Source: Antedon mediterranea | Lineage: Eukaryota; Animalia; Echinodermata | Reading direction: 5' to 3' | DNA length: 64,000 nucleotides | Assembly: GCF_964355755.1 (NCBI RefSeq) | Contig: NC_092679.1 | Coordinates: 15,669,432 to 15,733,431 of the forward strand | Part shown: piece after piece, positions 40,401 through 54,681 of the stretch | How the letters are laid out: every line of letters starts with the position of its first letter | Numbering within the stretch: position 1 is the stretch's first letter | Translations under genes and position numbers: made by a program | Notes under the pieces: model-generated | Told to the model about the DNA's origin: nothing | Databases searched by the model: none | Seen by the model: the letters and a program-made list of their open reading frames with translations, nothing else

Positions 40401-41124
40401 ATTCTACGTACCTTTTAAGACCGGTTAAGTTAGTGGTGTAACATAGTCACAAACATGTTATAGTGCTGGTAGTGGTAGACTTGGTAAGCGAAGGACCCAT
40501 CATGTTCATAAAGTAATGCTTGGTTGTGTGTACACCATGTAATTCCTAAAAAGGAAATAAAGAAAAGTTGAGAATGTTTTTTGACATTTCGATTGTTATG
40601 CTACAATTGTCTTCTAGAGTAATGCTAGACATAAGTTATTTAAAGCAAGTAACAGCCTAAGGTGATTGGTCATCAATATAAAACCATTGTAATACTATAT
40701 CAAAAATTTCCATGAGACGCATATATCTAAGGTGGTGCCCAGCCCAGCAAAAAAAAAGTAGTCGGAGGTGGTTGGTTATCAAAATAAAACCATCAATAAA
40801 TACTATATCAAACATTGCCACGACACTCAAAAACTTGATAATTACAAAAAGAAATTGACATTAGGTTAAGTTTAGTACTTAATTTTACACTTTTCAGGTC
40901 TAAAAAACTAACCTGGATCCACCACTAGGCTAAACTATACTGTACTTCAATTAATATTATATTCTTGGTTCTTTTTACAGATGAGAAACTTAAAAATGTT
41001 CATTCTTGGTGAATCGGACAATGAAAACTTTGGATATGGCAGTAAAAGGCGAATATACATTCTGTTATTTATTACAACATTACAACCCATCTTTATGTAC
41101 TGGCTTACATACCATCTATCGTGA
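37476..41124 (+). CDS. YIF1B: YIF1 (Yip1-interacting factor, ER-Golgi membrane protein); exons 37476-37503, 38150-38400, 38769-38873, 39198-39334, 39486-39641, 40291-40384, 40981-41124
   Basis: In-frame exons with [94 protein letters not shown]. Co-orthologous to YIF1A/YIF1B. Confidence 0.96.
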
Positions 41125-42007
41125 TTCATTGAGGGCAGCAAACACAGAACACTTTTTTTTACGATCAACATAATTAAGCTTATCTAAATGGTACAACTAT
41201 CTGCTATTATTAAGGAGTTTGAGGGAAGCAAATGTTTACACCATGAACGTATTGTTTAAAAAAAAAAATGTATTATTTATCCCAGCTATTTTGCACCTTT
41301 TTTTTTCTAACCTCTTCTATCACAAATTTAGCTGTAGTGTTAGATATAACAAATAGTTATAAAAAATAAGTCTTGAAATTTATTAGAAAAAGGAAAATAG
41401 ACTGACTGCCAAAATGTTTAATCTAATTTAAGTTGTATTTTTTACAAATTAAAAGAAGGATTTTAGAAAGAAGAGAAGTTTATGTATATAAATTGATTTG
41501 AAACAAGTTGTATTTGAGGTATGAGAATGCTGTTTTGCCATTCTATGGTGCTATTGTTGTTATTCCTGTATTACATTATACTGTATTTAGGGCTTAAAAT
41601 GGTTGACCCGTTTTGATATTGACAGATGCTGTATAATGTATGTGTATAACCATGGACCTATAAGTTAAACGGTATACTATTGACCTATAAAAAACCTAAT
41701 GTCCATGGGTTTACAGTAATCATATAATAATAATATCAATGGATATTTATTTAATTATTCCTGCTGTATTTCCAACCCGACGGTTGACCCGCCTCTATTT
41801 TGATATTCATTCATTCTTTATTTAGCCTTCAAAATCGAAGTACATTTAAACATAGGTTGTTAGATAGGGCCTACTATATAATGGATGTGTATAATAGATG
41901 TATAATTATCAACCTATATATTAAATGGTATAATTATATCAGTCATATCAATGGGTATTAAAACAAAACCATGTACTGTACAGTATATTCCTATAATATT
42001 TGTCTAA

Positions 42008-42167
42008 AGCTCTGTCTACACTATCAAACTAGTTTGACAAAAAAGTGTGATGTGCCCAAATATGGTAGTGATATGCTTAAATATGGTAGTGATATGACAT
42101 CATCATGTTCATTTATGGGCACATCACAATTTGTTGTCACATAAAGTTTGATAGTGTAGACAGAGCT
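42008..42167. mobile_element. Representative of an abundant palindromic MITE family (PIF/Harbinger-like, TWA flanks), ~14 copies in the window
   Basis: TIR AGCTCTGTCTACACTATCAAACT...AGTTTGATAGTGTAGACAGAGCT. Other full or partial copies start near 19352, 34725, 34975, 35237, 38555, 38968, 40143, 46209, 51225, 52502, 53550, 55532, 58908. Confidence 0.9.
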
Positions 42168-43149
42168 TTATTTCAAAGCCCCATGGTATGTATGATGGTA
42201 AAACCTTGTGCAAATGATTTTGAGTCAGTATGTCTCAGATTTCAGCAGATTTATAATTCTCCAAATGTATCTCAACTATCAATAATTTAACATTTACTTA
42301 GGGTAACATTATTCTGCAATGTAAAGTACTTTTTATTATTTATGTTGTAAAATAAGTACACAATTTAGTTGTCTGTAAATCTGGTATTCAAAATAAACTT
42401 CATAATTTAAAATCTAATGTACAACTAAAAGTATAATATAAATTAGTGAGTAGAATAGAGACATAGTGAAATAAATAGTAATAGTAAGATTTGTATAAAA
42501 GATAAACAATGGTCACATATTAATAATAATAATAGTTTAATTAATAGTAATAACTTATTAAAAGCCCTAATAAGCTGTCAGTATCACATCCCTCTTTCTG
42601 TTGTTATATGCATTTTTGTGTTTTGTGAGTAATGTAAAAAATTGCAATTTAACTATATAGTTTGCCATTTATAAAAAAAATCTAAGCCCTGATTTAAAAT
42701 TTAAGTATTTAATCCCTGATACATTTTTGTTTTTCTTAGTTCTCAAATTTATATACCTGTATATGATATCAGTAAAATGGTAAATAAACTTTTGCTCACA
42801 GATATAATAATAATAATAATAATAATTTATTTGGAAAACGCTTTTTGAACAGCGGCACACATAATAATGGTGCATCCTTAAAACAATTAAAATATACCAT
42901 ACTGTAAGATGTTTCTTGCATTCTTCAATGTATCACTTGGTATTTCAAACTTGCAGATGAAAATGTCATTTTCAATATCAGTAATTCTAATTGAAAAATA
43001 ATATTCGATATTAATTCATTCATTTAGGCCTACAATACTTTGGTTAAAAATCTGAAATATTAGAGGGCGGCAAACATTGTTTAGCAAATATCGGAAATGT
43101 AAAAGCGGGTACAAACAAGTTCTGTACAAAAAGTAAACAAAATTACAGC

Positions 43150-46100
43150 ATGATGCCTACCAGTTGGGAAAGGCAAGAAAACTCGGTAATTAATACAGTA
43201 TCTAAAAAGTACACATGTACGTGTCTATGGAGAAAACATGTAACACACAATATAAATACAATTAAAGTTGCGACAGTTTTCAGGTAGGTTTTTACCAGAC
43301 ATTGATAAACCTAGGCCTATTAAGTCTCACTTTTCACCAAACTTCATAGTTTGTTGGCGGAGATTAGCCGTGGACAAAGCTGACTTCATGGGTGTAGGTG
43401 TGGGGCTAGGCCTAGGTATTTAATAAATGATATAAAATGTTTATTTTATTTTATGCATAACCGTAACCAACATAACCTGAGAATTGATAGACCTACTACT
43501 AGAGAGATGCATGCCCTAGACTTACTTAGGCATCCTTCAGATAGAATGTAACTGTTAATTTATGAAGAAGGTTGTTTCTTCTACTGAACTGAGTGATATT
43601 ATAACTGGTTGAAACTTATATTATAATTATTAATACTAAAAAAATTATCACCTTCAATATAGACAATTTTCTTTCCAGAGACAAACAGGCAAGTTTAATA
43701 ATTGGTTGCGAGGATGGGGTACTACGAATTTACAGCCTTCCATCTGAAACTGACAAATCTCAAGAAACGTTAGAGGTCAGCACTTAATTAAGCCGATTTT
43801 CCACTAATCATTTTTTTAGGGTGAATTGTCAGCTTATATGCATGCATATTCATTTTTCCATCTTCCAAATCCCTCTATAATGCGACGAATTCTAGATCCT
43901 TGAGTTTTTCGCTTCAGCGAAATTGGTAGTTGAAATTGTTTCTACTTTTTGCAAAGCGACAAATTGCGCAACTAATCAGAGCTCATGAAATAGGTTCACG
44001 AACACTCGTGCGAATCGAAAAGCTCGAGCATACAATAAACATGAAAAACACAGCTATTCTCTACTGTTGTGGAAAGGGTAGCGCGATTTTTTAATTTTTT
44101 TTTATAGTATAATGGTATAGTCAAAACACAACTGCACTGATTACTGACTGAAACATTATAGGATTATGTATCCAGATGTGTTTGATCCAAAGGCTTTGTG
44201 CATTAGGAACTATATTATTATAAATAAATACATTTATTATGTCTCTGTTGCTAACAATTTTCTCAATAGATAAAGCTCAGTCTGGAAACTAAAGGCGGCC
44301 CAATCCAGTCACTAATGGCTTTTGATGTCTCAAAACTTGGCTCGACTGATCTAATTTCAGCCGACTCACGAGGGATGGTGACTATATTTTGTAATGGGCA
44401 GATCTCAGCTAGAAAAAGCCTATCAAAAGATTCAGTCAGCTGCCTACAAGTCGACCATGATGCTAGTGAGTATAAAAATTGTATTTAAGCAGCTGTTGAG
44501 TCAAAAAGTACACATATTACCATTAAGTTTGTGTCTCATCTAAGAAGAGCATAACACATTATCAGTGTTAGATGGCCTGTAAGTACTTTCCTTTTTCTCT
44601 TTCCTACAGCTGGGAACTTCACCATAATTGCCAGTGATGGGTCAGGTGTTATACATGGTTTTATGCCCTACAAACACCTGTGGAAAGTTAGACTTGCAGA
44701 TACAGCCATTCAAAAGGTTTTTAATTTTGTTACCATTATTTATATTGTTGCTTTAAATTTAAAAGCACCTCACTATAATAAGAGCTTGATTAAAGCGCTG
44801 CTTTTGAATAACTTCTGCTTTTGAATAAGTGCTGCATATAAGTAAAGCGCTGCATTTAAATAAGCGCTGCTTTTGAATAAGTGCTGCATATGAATAAAGC
44901 GCTGCATTTAAATAAGTGCTGCTTTTGAATAAGTGCTGCATATGAATAAAGCGCTGCATTTGAATAAGCACTGCTTTTGAATAACTTCTGCATTTGAATA
45001 AGTGCTGCATATAAGTAAAGCGCTGCATTTAAATACGCACTGCATTTAAATATGCGCTGCTTTTTGAATAAGTGCTGCATATGAATAAAACGCTGGATTT
45101 AAATAAGCACTGCTTTTAAATAAGCGCTGCATTTCAATAAGCGCTGCTTTTAAATAAGTGCTGCATTTCAATAAGCGCTGCTTCTTTTTTTTTAGCATTG
45201 AAGGGTTCAATGTTACTTTTTCTTAAAACTAAATTTCTTCAACACAATGTACAACCATTGACTTCGCTTTTATAGACTATTCCCCAGTTACCCCGCATAA
45301 AGTGTCTCTTAGCAACGAGTTTGATTGGCGCCTCGGGTCAAGAGTCAACTTACGTAATAGCAGCAGACGATTGTAAGAATCTACACTTCCTGCAGCAAGG
45401 CATTGTGGTTGTGAGCCTTACATGTCAATCTGTCATCACAGCTGTAAGTTTTTTTTATGTATGCAGAATGAAGAAATTCCTATTTAATGACTGTGTACAC
45501 CTAAACCAGGGACAATTCTAGGCAAATAGTAGTACTTTCCATGGATACTTAAAGACGTATTATCCCCTAAAACAAAAAAAGATTAATTAAATTAGACTTT
45601 TAATAGGTTTTTTTTCTAGTTTTAATAAAGTTAATCACTTCCGTAGAAAAAAAGAAAGAAAAAAAATGTTTTCACTTACAAAATTGCAAAATAAATGGTT
45701 AAATTTAACCAAAATCTCTTTGGCTGGCAGTCAAATTGGCTATTGCTTTAAATTACAGTTTTTACCGGGTAAATAAATGTTTTTTTAATCAAATTTTTTC
45801 AAATAATAAAATGGCATATTCAACCAAATGTTTTTAAAGAATTATTTTTCAGGGGTTTCAGTTTTCAAATATGGTGTACATATAAAGGTTATCATCTCTA
45901 GGTAAAACCATACTGTAATACTGTAAAATAAGTATCGTTTAATAAACCAACTATTTTGTTTGTTTATTCAAGATGTGTAAAGGATGTTTTGTTCCTACTG
46001 AAGAATTAGAATTGGCAAATACAGGACCAGATGCGCCCTCACAGGTTGCCCTGGCTGCTGAGGATGGCTCTGTATACATAATGTGTAATTTCCAGGTACG

Positions 46101-47207
46101 TTTATATACTGTATGTATGGCCGATGCATGATGGCAAACATAACATGGCGTTTATAGTTTGGTGATTACCTACAAAATCCCATGCTCCTGGGTTGAATTC
46201 CTGTCTTAAGCTCTGTCTACACTATCAAACTTTGTGTGAAAAAAAAATGTGATGTGCCCATATATGGACATGATGTCATAGCACTACCATATTTAGGTAT
46301 ATCACCACCATATTTGGGCATCACAGTTTGTTGTCAAACAAGTTTGATAGTGTAGACCGAGCTTAAGACCTCTTGTGTGTATGTATGTTCTTTTTAATGA
46401 AAGTATTTTGAAAATGACATTTTCATTTTTTTTTAAATTGGTGTAGATTTATTTTGATGAGTACGTGAATGTAAAGTTACCAATCAGACAGCTGGGTACA
46501 TTACCAGAGAGTAACAGCAGCAACGTTCAAAGTTTACTGTGTACTGGCAATTTCAACCATCTAGTGGTCTATCACGATAAAAAGGTGAGTTAGAGGCCTA
46601 ACAGAAATTGATGTCTTGCGGAAGACCAAGGATTGGTGTCCCTTTTTTCCAAAAAGAGAAAAAGTGAGAGTGGTAGAGTTAAATAGGCACCGACAAATTC
46701 CCCTACCTTTATATAAATTCACAAAATCTATGTTCTAGAGACAACCCACCCATAAAGCAAAGAACACTATGGTTGACCCAAGTGTAGTTATTAGGAGCAT
46801 TTGATTTGTGATGACTGAAAAAAACAAACTATGTCATTTTAGTTCACTTTGCGCATATGGAAATATTTGGATGTGTGTCCTCGCTCCTCACCTCGATACA
46901 GGTTCGATGGTTTGTAGGTCCAGAACAATTCACCTGACCCCCTCCTTAAGAAATCATAGTCATACTGAATCACATTCATACTGAATTTATATATTTAAAA
47001 GAAACGCAAAATCTGTTTAGTTCCTCAGTATCAATTTACAAATGATTTTATATTTCATGTAATATTTGTTTTCAGTTGGTTGCAAAGTACGAGACAACAG
47101 ACTGGGTTAGTTCATTCACAGTTGTTGAAGGAACTCAAGAGGGCAGTCACCAAGTAATCGTGGGATGTTGCAATAACACATTGGAGGCCATCAAAATAGC
47201 TAGATGA
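43150..47207 (+). CDS. Uncharacterised ~370-aa beta-propeller protein (WD40/FG-GAP-like); firm exons 43663-43775, 44270-44465, 44610-44716, 45276-45443, 45973-46095, 46447-46584, 47076-47207; two 5' exons (~43150-43185, ~43277-43397) with uncertain boundaries
   Basis: Seven consecutive GT-AG exons join with matching phases and no stops; repeated blade-like hairpins LIIGCEDGVLRIY, LISADSRGMVTIF, IIASDGSGVIHGF, VIAADDCKNLHFL, VALAAEDGSVYIM, LLCTGNFNHLVVY, VIVGCCNNTLEAI. Confidence 0.85.
44790..45183. repeat. Irregular 17-21-bp minisatellite in an intron
   Basis: ataag(c/t)gctgc(a/t)ttt(g/a)a repeated. Confidence 0.9.
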
Positions 47208-48585
47208 GGACCGGTCAAGTCTTGTGTTGTTAATTTATTCAGTGATGTGAAGCTATCCAACTCTTGTTGACTTAGCTAATAGCAGCCAGCCTCCATGAAA
47301 ACGTAGCGTAAAAGGGAATTTACACAGCGTTAACTCTAAACGAACAATATAATCATGTCTTTTCTTTCATTTGAGTGGAAACCCACTCAGGATAAAGATT
47401 CTACGTGGGACAAGCTAAGCTGTTTCTTAACGCTCGTCTGTGTATAAGGCTTACAGTAGCTTGCTATACCTAAATGGAGCACCATAATCCTATACAGTAT
47501 ATATGCATATGTACTAAGGAAAATATACTAAAAATATTTTTCATATTGTACATAGCGTATTGATTGCATATGTTATTTTTTCTAAAACAAACAGCAGAGG
47601 TCGATGAAACCTTATGAAATTTTTAGTTATAAATATGTTACTAGCAGGCCTGAACTTGATGTACAAAGTTTAAAAAATAGATTGAAAACAATTATGGTTT
47701 TTCTAATTGTATACAATATAAAATACTTACTTTCACAACAAGCCCCATTGTTTTATCATGCTTTTGAACAAAGTCATATTAGACTATGTCTGTTGATTTA
47801 CCATGATCAAAATTGGAAGCCAACAAAGTAAAAATCAGTATGTTGAGATATTGATAAGGAATATATATACCCATTGGTACTAATACCTAAGCACGTACAA
47901 ATATCTAAGCACGTACAAATATCTTACTAAATCGTAACAAATTTACCTCCATATGAAATTTTAAACATCTCCCAGTGCTAACCTATGTTCTGATCTGGTG
48001 TCCAGACAGTAACCTGTATTCAACTGTGTTGGTGTTAGTATCAATGACTAAAGAGTCTAACATCTTGGGTGCATATTCTATTCACTGGTGAGAAAGTTGC
48101 AGGCACAAAACACAAAGTTTATTTGTTTATACTGGGTGACCTCTTCAGTCAAAGAATGGTCTCCCAGAGGGCCCAGTTATGTTTGGTGGCTGTGCGTGAC
48201 AGTGTTACCAGGGTAACTCCTACTTGTCTCAAAAGATCTACTAAGTGCACATGAGCTAGATGTGTACACTGGACCTACAGTTTAGAGTCCTTATGCACCA
48301 GAACCATGGAACAAGTGAGCCTTGAACCCTTGCCAATGTTATGGCTATGTAATTACGGTCTTTATTGTTTGGCCACTCACTCACTACCAAGTCTGTATCC
48401 AGAACTCGATCTTATACACTCAAGGGTTCTTTTTTCCATAAAGTGGACAAAAATGAAATATGATACTCACCATGCTCTTGGTCTCTAGTTTGAAAAGGGC
48501 ATGAACCCCACTAGATACAGGCTTGAACATTTACATCATATGCTGCTCCAATTGATCCATATTTGTAGTACCAACGCACTGTGCC

Positions 48586-49042
48586 GATCTGCAACTTCTT
48601 GATCCATTCATCCTCTAGTGTTAATCCATTCTCTGTCATGTCTTGCAGTCTTACAGCCACTTTATAACTGCATATTGTTAACGGTTAACGTCAATCTGCA
48701 ACTTCTTGTTTCATGCATCCTCTGATGTAAATCCTTTATCTGTCGTGTCTTGCAGTCACTTAATAACTGCATACTGTTAACGGTTAACGTCAATCTGCAA
48801 ATTCTTGTTCCATGCATCCTCTGATGTAAATCCATTCTCTGTTGTGTCTTGCAGTCTTATGGCCACTTAATACTGCATACTGTTAACGTCAATCTGCAAC
48901 TTCTTGTTCCATGCATCCTCTGATGTAAATACATTCTCTGTTGTGTCTTGCAGTCTTATGGGTACTTAATACTGCATACTGTTTACATCAATCTGCAACT
49001 TTTTGTTCAATTCATCCTCTGGTGTAACTGCATACTGTTAAC
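48586..49042. repeat. ~90-100-bp imperfect tandem repeat x5
   Basis: atctgcaacttcttgttccatgcatcctctgatgtaaatccattctctgttgtgtcttgcagtc...actgcatactgttaac repeated. Confidence 0.88.
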
Positions 49043-52000
49043 TGTGTTACTGATTTGACAACTTAATACCAATATAAAATATTCTCTGATTAAATAGAGA
49101 CGAGTAACAGAAAAAAATAACTCAAATTTAAACAGATTGTACTACTGCTTTTAATATTCGTATTTACGTTTTGTGAAACATTGCTAATGATAAACATGCG
49201 CCAACTCAGCCGTGGAAGCACATACGATTTTACGATTTATATCGATACGGGTTGTAAAATATCCATGACTTATACGACATTCTTCACTATAGGTAAGAAA
49301 TAGCAAACTATACAACCCTACAACGGCCTATTACAAGCAACCATATTTGTGGCTTATTATATACAAATGTATTAGTAATACTATATAACACAAAGCACTG
49401 TAACTTAACATCTTTAAGTACAAAAATATGAAAACATATGCACTTCCTTACTGCATAGTTCTGGGTTTTTCCACAGTTTTTTTACATGCAATACGGGAAA
49501 AAATGTCACAAATTTGTAGATGATCTGATATAGGAACTATATCTATATCAGACGATTTAAGGATAATATATATGATATACTGTACGAGATAAATACATAT
49601 TTTCAGGAAATGAAATATATACAAAATTTAATCTCACAAAAAGCAAATGAATTTTTTTGTAATATCTTGTGATTTACTGTACCTAATACAGTTCTCACAA
49701 CACTGAGCTTTCGCTGGGGGACAATAGACAAAGGGAGAGCGTTTAATTAACGGAATGGCGTATACTAGCCCCTTCGTCTACTGTCCAGACACAAAAGCCT
49801 TCTAACAATTAAAACATAAGGAACGAAACAAAATCTTGCAGACAAGCCTCTAATCAAACTAGAGGAAAATACAAAAATAATTAATTAAACTAACCAACAT
49901 TTTATATAATTTGAAAATATATACAGACAAGTCGCTAAATTAATCCAAAAAAACTATTTGGTATAAAATGGTGAAAATTAACTGAACAAACTTAATACAT
50001 AATTAATGAGATGCACAAAAATAAAATTTAATTTTTTACAATTTGATACCAAGTACCAATGTATTTACGTTGCTTACACCCCATTCAGATTATCATCATA
50101 TTGCGTTAATTCCATTAATTTTGCAACCAGGTGTAAAGGTCCCCATTCAGATCATCATCATATTGCGTTAATTCCATTAATTTTGCAACCAGGTGTAAAG
50201 GTCACCAATAATATCGCAAAAATTTACATGCTACAAATATTCATTTCACCGATCACCACGTAATTATATCATAATGTATTTCACAAGCACAGATTGGCTG
50301 AAATTCTGTGACCTACTATACACTATGAATGTGTCCGAGGGTAGAGTAGATATGTCCGAAAGTTTGCGTAATTAAATCAATATGCGACCGAGCACAATAT
50401 GATGGTCATCTGAATAGGGAAAGAGCAACAGACTAAACACAAAGCAATCAGCAGTTTCAACACACACAAAAAACAACACAAACCTATATGTTTCAGATTA
50501 TATATACAGTATATAACAATCCTCATAGGAAAATATTTCAATTAAAATAAAATTAATGGTTTCTTTGATTTTATCTTTAAAACCTTCACCAGTCCAGCTG
50601 GCTCCTTACTGTAGCAAAATAAATACACTTTGATTGAGTAACAAAATCTTACTTGTAACCAAAATGAACTGTAATGTGACATCATAAATTCAGAACTTAA
50701 TATTAATAATTTGTGTAATTCATGTTCCCTTAAGATATCTTTACATATTTATCTGCCAGATTGATTTATTCTTGAACCAAATACAGTTTAAACCCTATTA
50801 GAGGGACACCAATGGGACAATGTATCCCCGGAACGGGGTTGGCCATGTTTTACATATATTTACTATGAAAGTGTCCCCTTAATAGAGGTATCCCCTAAAT
50901 GTTTGGTATAATATTGTATAAAATGGCAGACTGCCGTAGCTATCAGTTTGAAACTGCTTGAAAATTGATTACTCTGGCAAACTCAAACAAATGTGTAAAG
51001 ATAAACCAAGTAAATATGAAAAACAAAATAAATATTCAAATGACAAATATATTTCACAAACCTAACATTAAAAAATAATTGCCCTTATTATTTGAACAGA
51101 TTTTGTTACAATTTTCGTCAACCACTAAATGTATATTTTGTAAATTCTATAGAAACATGTTAAAAACAACAATACAAAAAGTGTTAATATTACACAGAAA
51201 AATATTTCCCCAAATTCTTCTTAAAGCTTTGTCTACACTATCAAACTAGTTTGAGCAAAAATGATGTGATGGTAGTGATATGACATTGTCCATCAATAAA
51301 GTTTGATAGTGTAGACAAAGCTCCAGAAACAACTTTTTAATTTAATATATTTTAGTTTTAGTTTATATATATTATTTAGTTACCAAATAGTTTATTTATT
51401 CTTTGATATTCCAAATTTTAAGTTTAATTTCATCTTCAGAATTTGACAAGAATAGAAAGAAATCCACCTTTTATTTAATTATTGCGGCAACATTTTGTTA
51501 GTTTAACGAAGGACTTCTTATCCGTTGTGCACAAGATTGTGGTAGTTATTTAAATGGAGCGGTTAGTCAAATGTGCATGGTATTTTGATATTAGTAATTA
51601 TTAGTGTTTTAAACATAAAAACAACAAAATAATAAATTCTTGAATATTAAACAAGAAGAATTCTTATAAAAACATTGTGGTGCTCTGTTTACAGAAATTC
51701 TACAACAAAATAAACATTTCAAAAAACTAAAAAATAAATTTTAAAAGTATTTCAACGGTTAATAATTGATCTATCAATCAATCAACCAGTTAATCAATTA
51801 TTTAATTGATCTATTAACTGATACCAATTCATCTATTAATCAATCAATCTATGATTAATTGATCTATTCATTAAATAACTGATCTATCTATAATCAATCA
51901 ATAAACTATTCCATCAATAAATCAACTAATCAATAAGTTATTTCATCGATAAATCAACCAATCAGAATCAATTCATTTCATCCCTTTTGAATCATCTCCG

Positions 52001-54433
52001 ATAAATCAACCAATCAGATTCAATTCATTTCATCCCTTTGAATCATCTCCTATAACATATAATTTGTCCCTAAACAAATTAAAAATTTGGAGCATTTATA
52101 ATTCAGAGAGTTTAAGCCCCAAAACTACCACATATTGAATAATACAAACGTACACTTGAGAATGTATTTTGATTATGTGCAGAGTGATAATAATAAAAAC
52201 ATTGGTATTTGTAAAACAAAACTATCAGAATTGGTTTAAGTCAATTAAAATTTAAAATAGTTGTTGGACTTACTTTTGCAAATTACTCTTCATTATGATT
52301 TTATAGTTGATATTATCCTGAAAATAATTAATGAATTCAAATAATCATTTATTGCCAATGTGTGCAAAACTAAATACTTCACATACAAATAATTCCATTA
52401 CTTTTTTTTTTTTTGAATTGCAAGAAAATTTTAAGATAATGATAAACAAAATGTATATATTTAATCATTGTATGTATTTATGATATAACAAATGGGTCTT
52501 AAGCTCTGTCTACACTATCAATTTATGTGACAAAAAATGTGATGTAGCCATATATGGACATGGTGATGTCATATCACTACTTTATTTAAGCATATCACTA
52601 CCATATTTGGGCACATCTTTTGTCAGATAAAGTTTGATAGTGTAGACAGAGCTTTACTCGACGCAGCTTTCAGGAGGGAAAGTGTGCATTAGAAGACATA
52701 CTGTACCCAATTGGACCAAGTGACCCAGTTTAATGTATAATGATTATATATTACTTGGTTTGGAAGATCAGCATGACCTGAATAATGGAACAAAGCACCC
52801 TAAACAATTACAAATAAATACTTTTCTCCATCTTTAAAAAATGTATATGTATTGTATTTACAGTACAGAATCAGTTATAACCCACATTGGGGATACACTA
52901 GTTCATACATTTAAGCCCACACAGTACAGATATATAAGCCTAACTTGGGATAACCCCCACACTGCTAACATAGGCTAACACACTTTGGTGTATAAAAGCC
53001 CTAGATCCTGCTCGTGTTATACAAGATGGTATTTAAATTGAACTTTTAATCTATATTGTATTAATATTTTTACAATTTGATTCCCTTTGAATAGTACTAT
53101 ACATTATAAAATCACAGTATCATACTGAGCTATATTAGTATCATATATTATTATATTATTGTGCTATTATTTTCATTGTCCTAAAATTCTGAAAATTTAG
53201 CAAATTCGCTGAATTTAATTTTCGCAGTATAACTATATTATACTATAAAGCTCTGTATTTTTGCAATTGCTTTAACTTGAAATTGTCTATTTTTATTTGC
53301 AGGAATAAATAATTTAGGGTTTATGAATAACGGTGATTTTCAGCTTTTATATCCTATAAAATCATTCAGATATTCATTTATTGTTATCAGTAACATCATA
53401 TATGACAGAGTATAATCCCATGCTTCAGTATAACCCCACCTTCTAATTCATACTTTGGTAATTCCATTGATAATGCAATCACTAATTTACACCAATTTTA
53501 TACCCAAGCCTCCCAGGACTATACACTTGGTCATCTACAGTAATTGTTAAGCTCTGTCCACACTATCAAATTCGTTTGACAAAAAAATAAAGTGGTAGTG
53601 ATAATGACATCATCGGGTCCATATATGGGCACATTATTGTTGTCACAAAAAGTTTGATAGTGTAGACAGATTTTTATACCCTGTAAGTGTAATGTCATTG
53701 TTCACCCACTAAGTTTAGAAAATGTATAAAATACCTACAAAATACGGAGTATTAAGTCCTACTTAAATTGGCCCACTCGACACAAATTTTCTTTACAAGA
53801 CATTGTACGGAATCTATACCACTTGGTGTTGACCCAAAAAGTCAAAGATTTTGAATCATTTATTTCAGTGACATTCAGAATCGAAAGTGATTTGATTTAT
53901 AAACGTCCAAGAAATAAAACAAATCACCAGTGTTTCATGAATGAATGAGTGAGTGTCAATTTTACCTTAAATATAACTTTTTGCCACAGGATAAAAGTTG
54001 TTCTTGTTCTAAAACACACACCTCACAGGGGCATACTCAGGAGAGGGTATCGCTAAATGGGTGTGCGCTCCTGCCTTGCGACAGGTTACATTTTTCTATC
54101 TAATTTGGACAAGAATATTAATATTATATGTTATCGCGTCCTCTGTTTGAAAAATCCTGGATCCGCTCCAATCTCCGTATACTATCAGTTGTATTATACA
54201 CACCTAGAAGTTGTACTATTACATAGCGCCCTTCTATCCATCATATAAATATCTTAAATAACATATATAATATATACTGTACATGGAGTGGATTGTCTAC
54301 AATTCCTAATAACATCCACAATACGGTATTTGGCATTTGCTATTGAAGGATAAAAATATATAGTAATTACACCTAGTTACCCCTAAGAATACCTAACAAC
54401 CCCAAGCATGCAGAAACATGACTACTATTCTCA

Positions 54434-54614
54434 CTTGAGTGCACTTGACAGAAGAGTGTCTTGAGTGCACTTGACAGAAGAGTGTCTTGAGTGCACTTGA
54501 CAGAAGAGTGTCTTGAGTGCACTTGACAGAAGAGTGTCTTGAGTGCACTTGACAGAAGAGTGTCTTGAGTGCACTTGACAGAAGAGTGTCTTGAGTGTAC
54601 TTGACTGAAGAGTG
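54434..54614. repeat. 26-bp minisatellite x7
   Basis: cttgagtgcacttgacagaagagtgt repeated. Confidence 0.95.
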
Positions 54615-54681
54615 CTTCTAGTACCCGTACTCAAATGTAAACAAGATTCTCAATTGCCATATGAGTATCTTTCTCAAGTGT

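Noticed and set aside
44759-45080. Repetitive minus-strand ORFs resembling zinc-finger repeats
   Set aside because: Derived from an intronic minisatellite; no C2H2 spacing.
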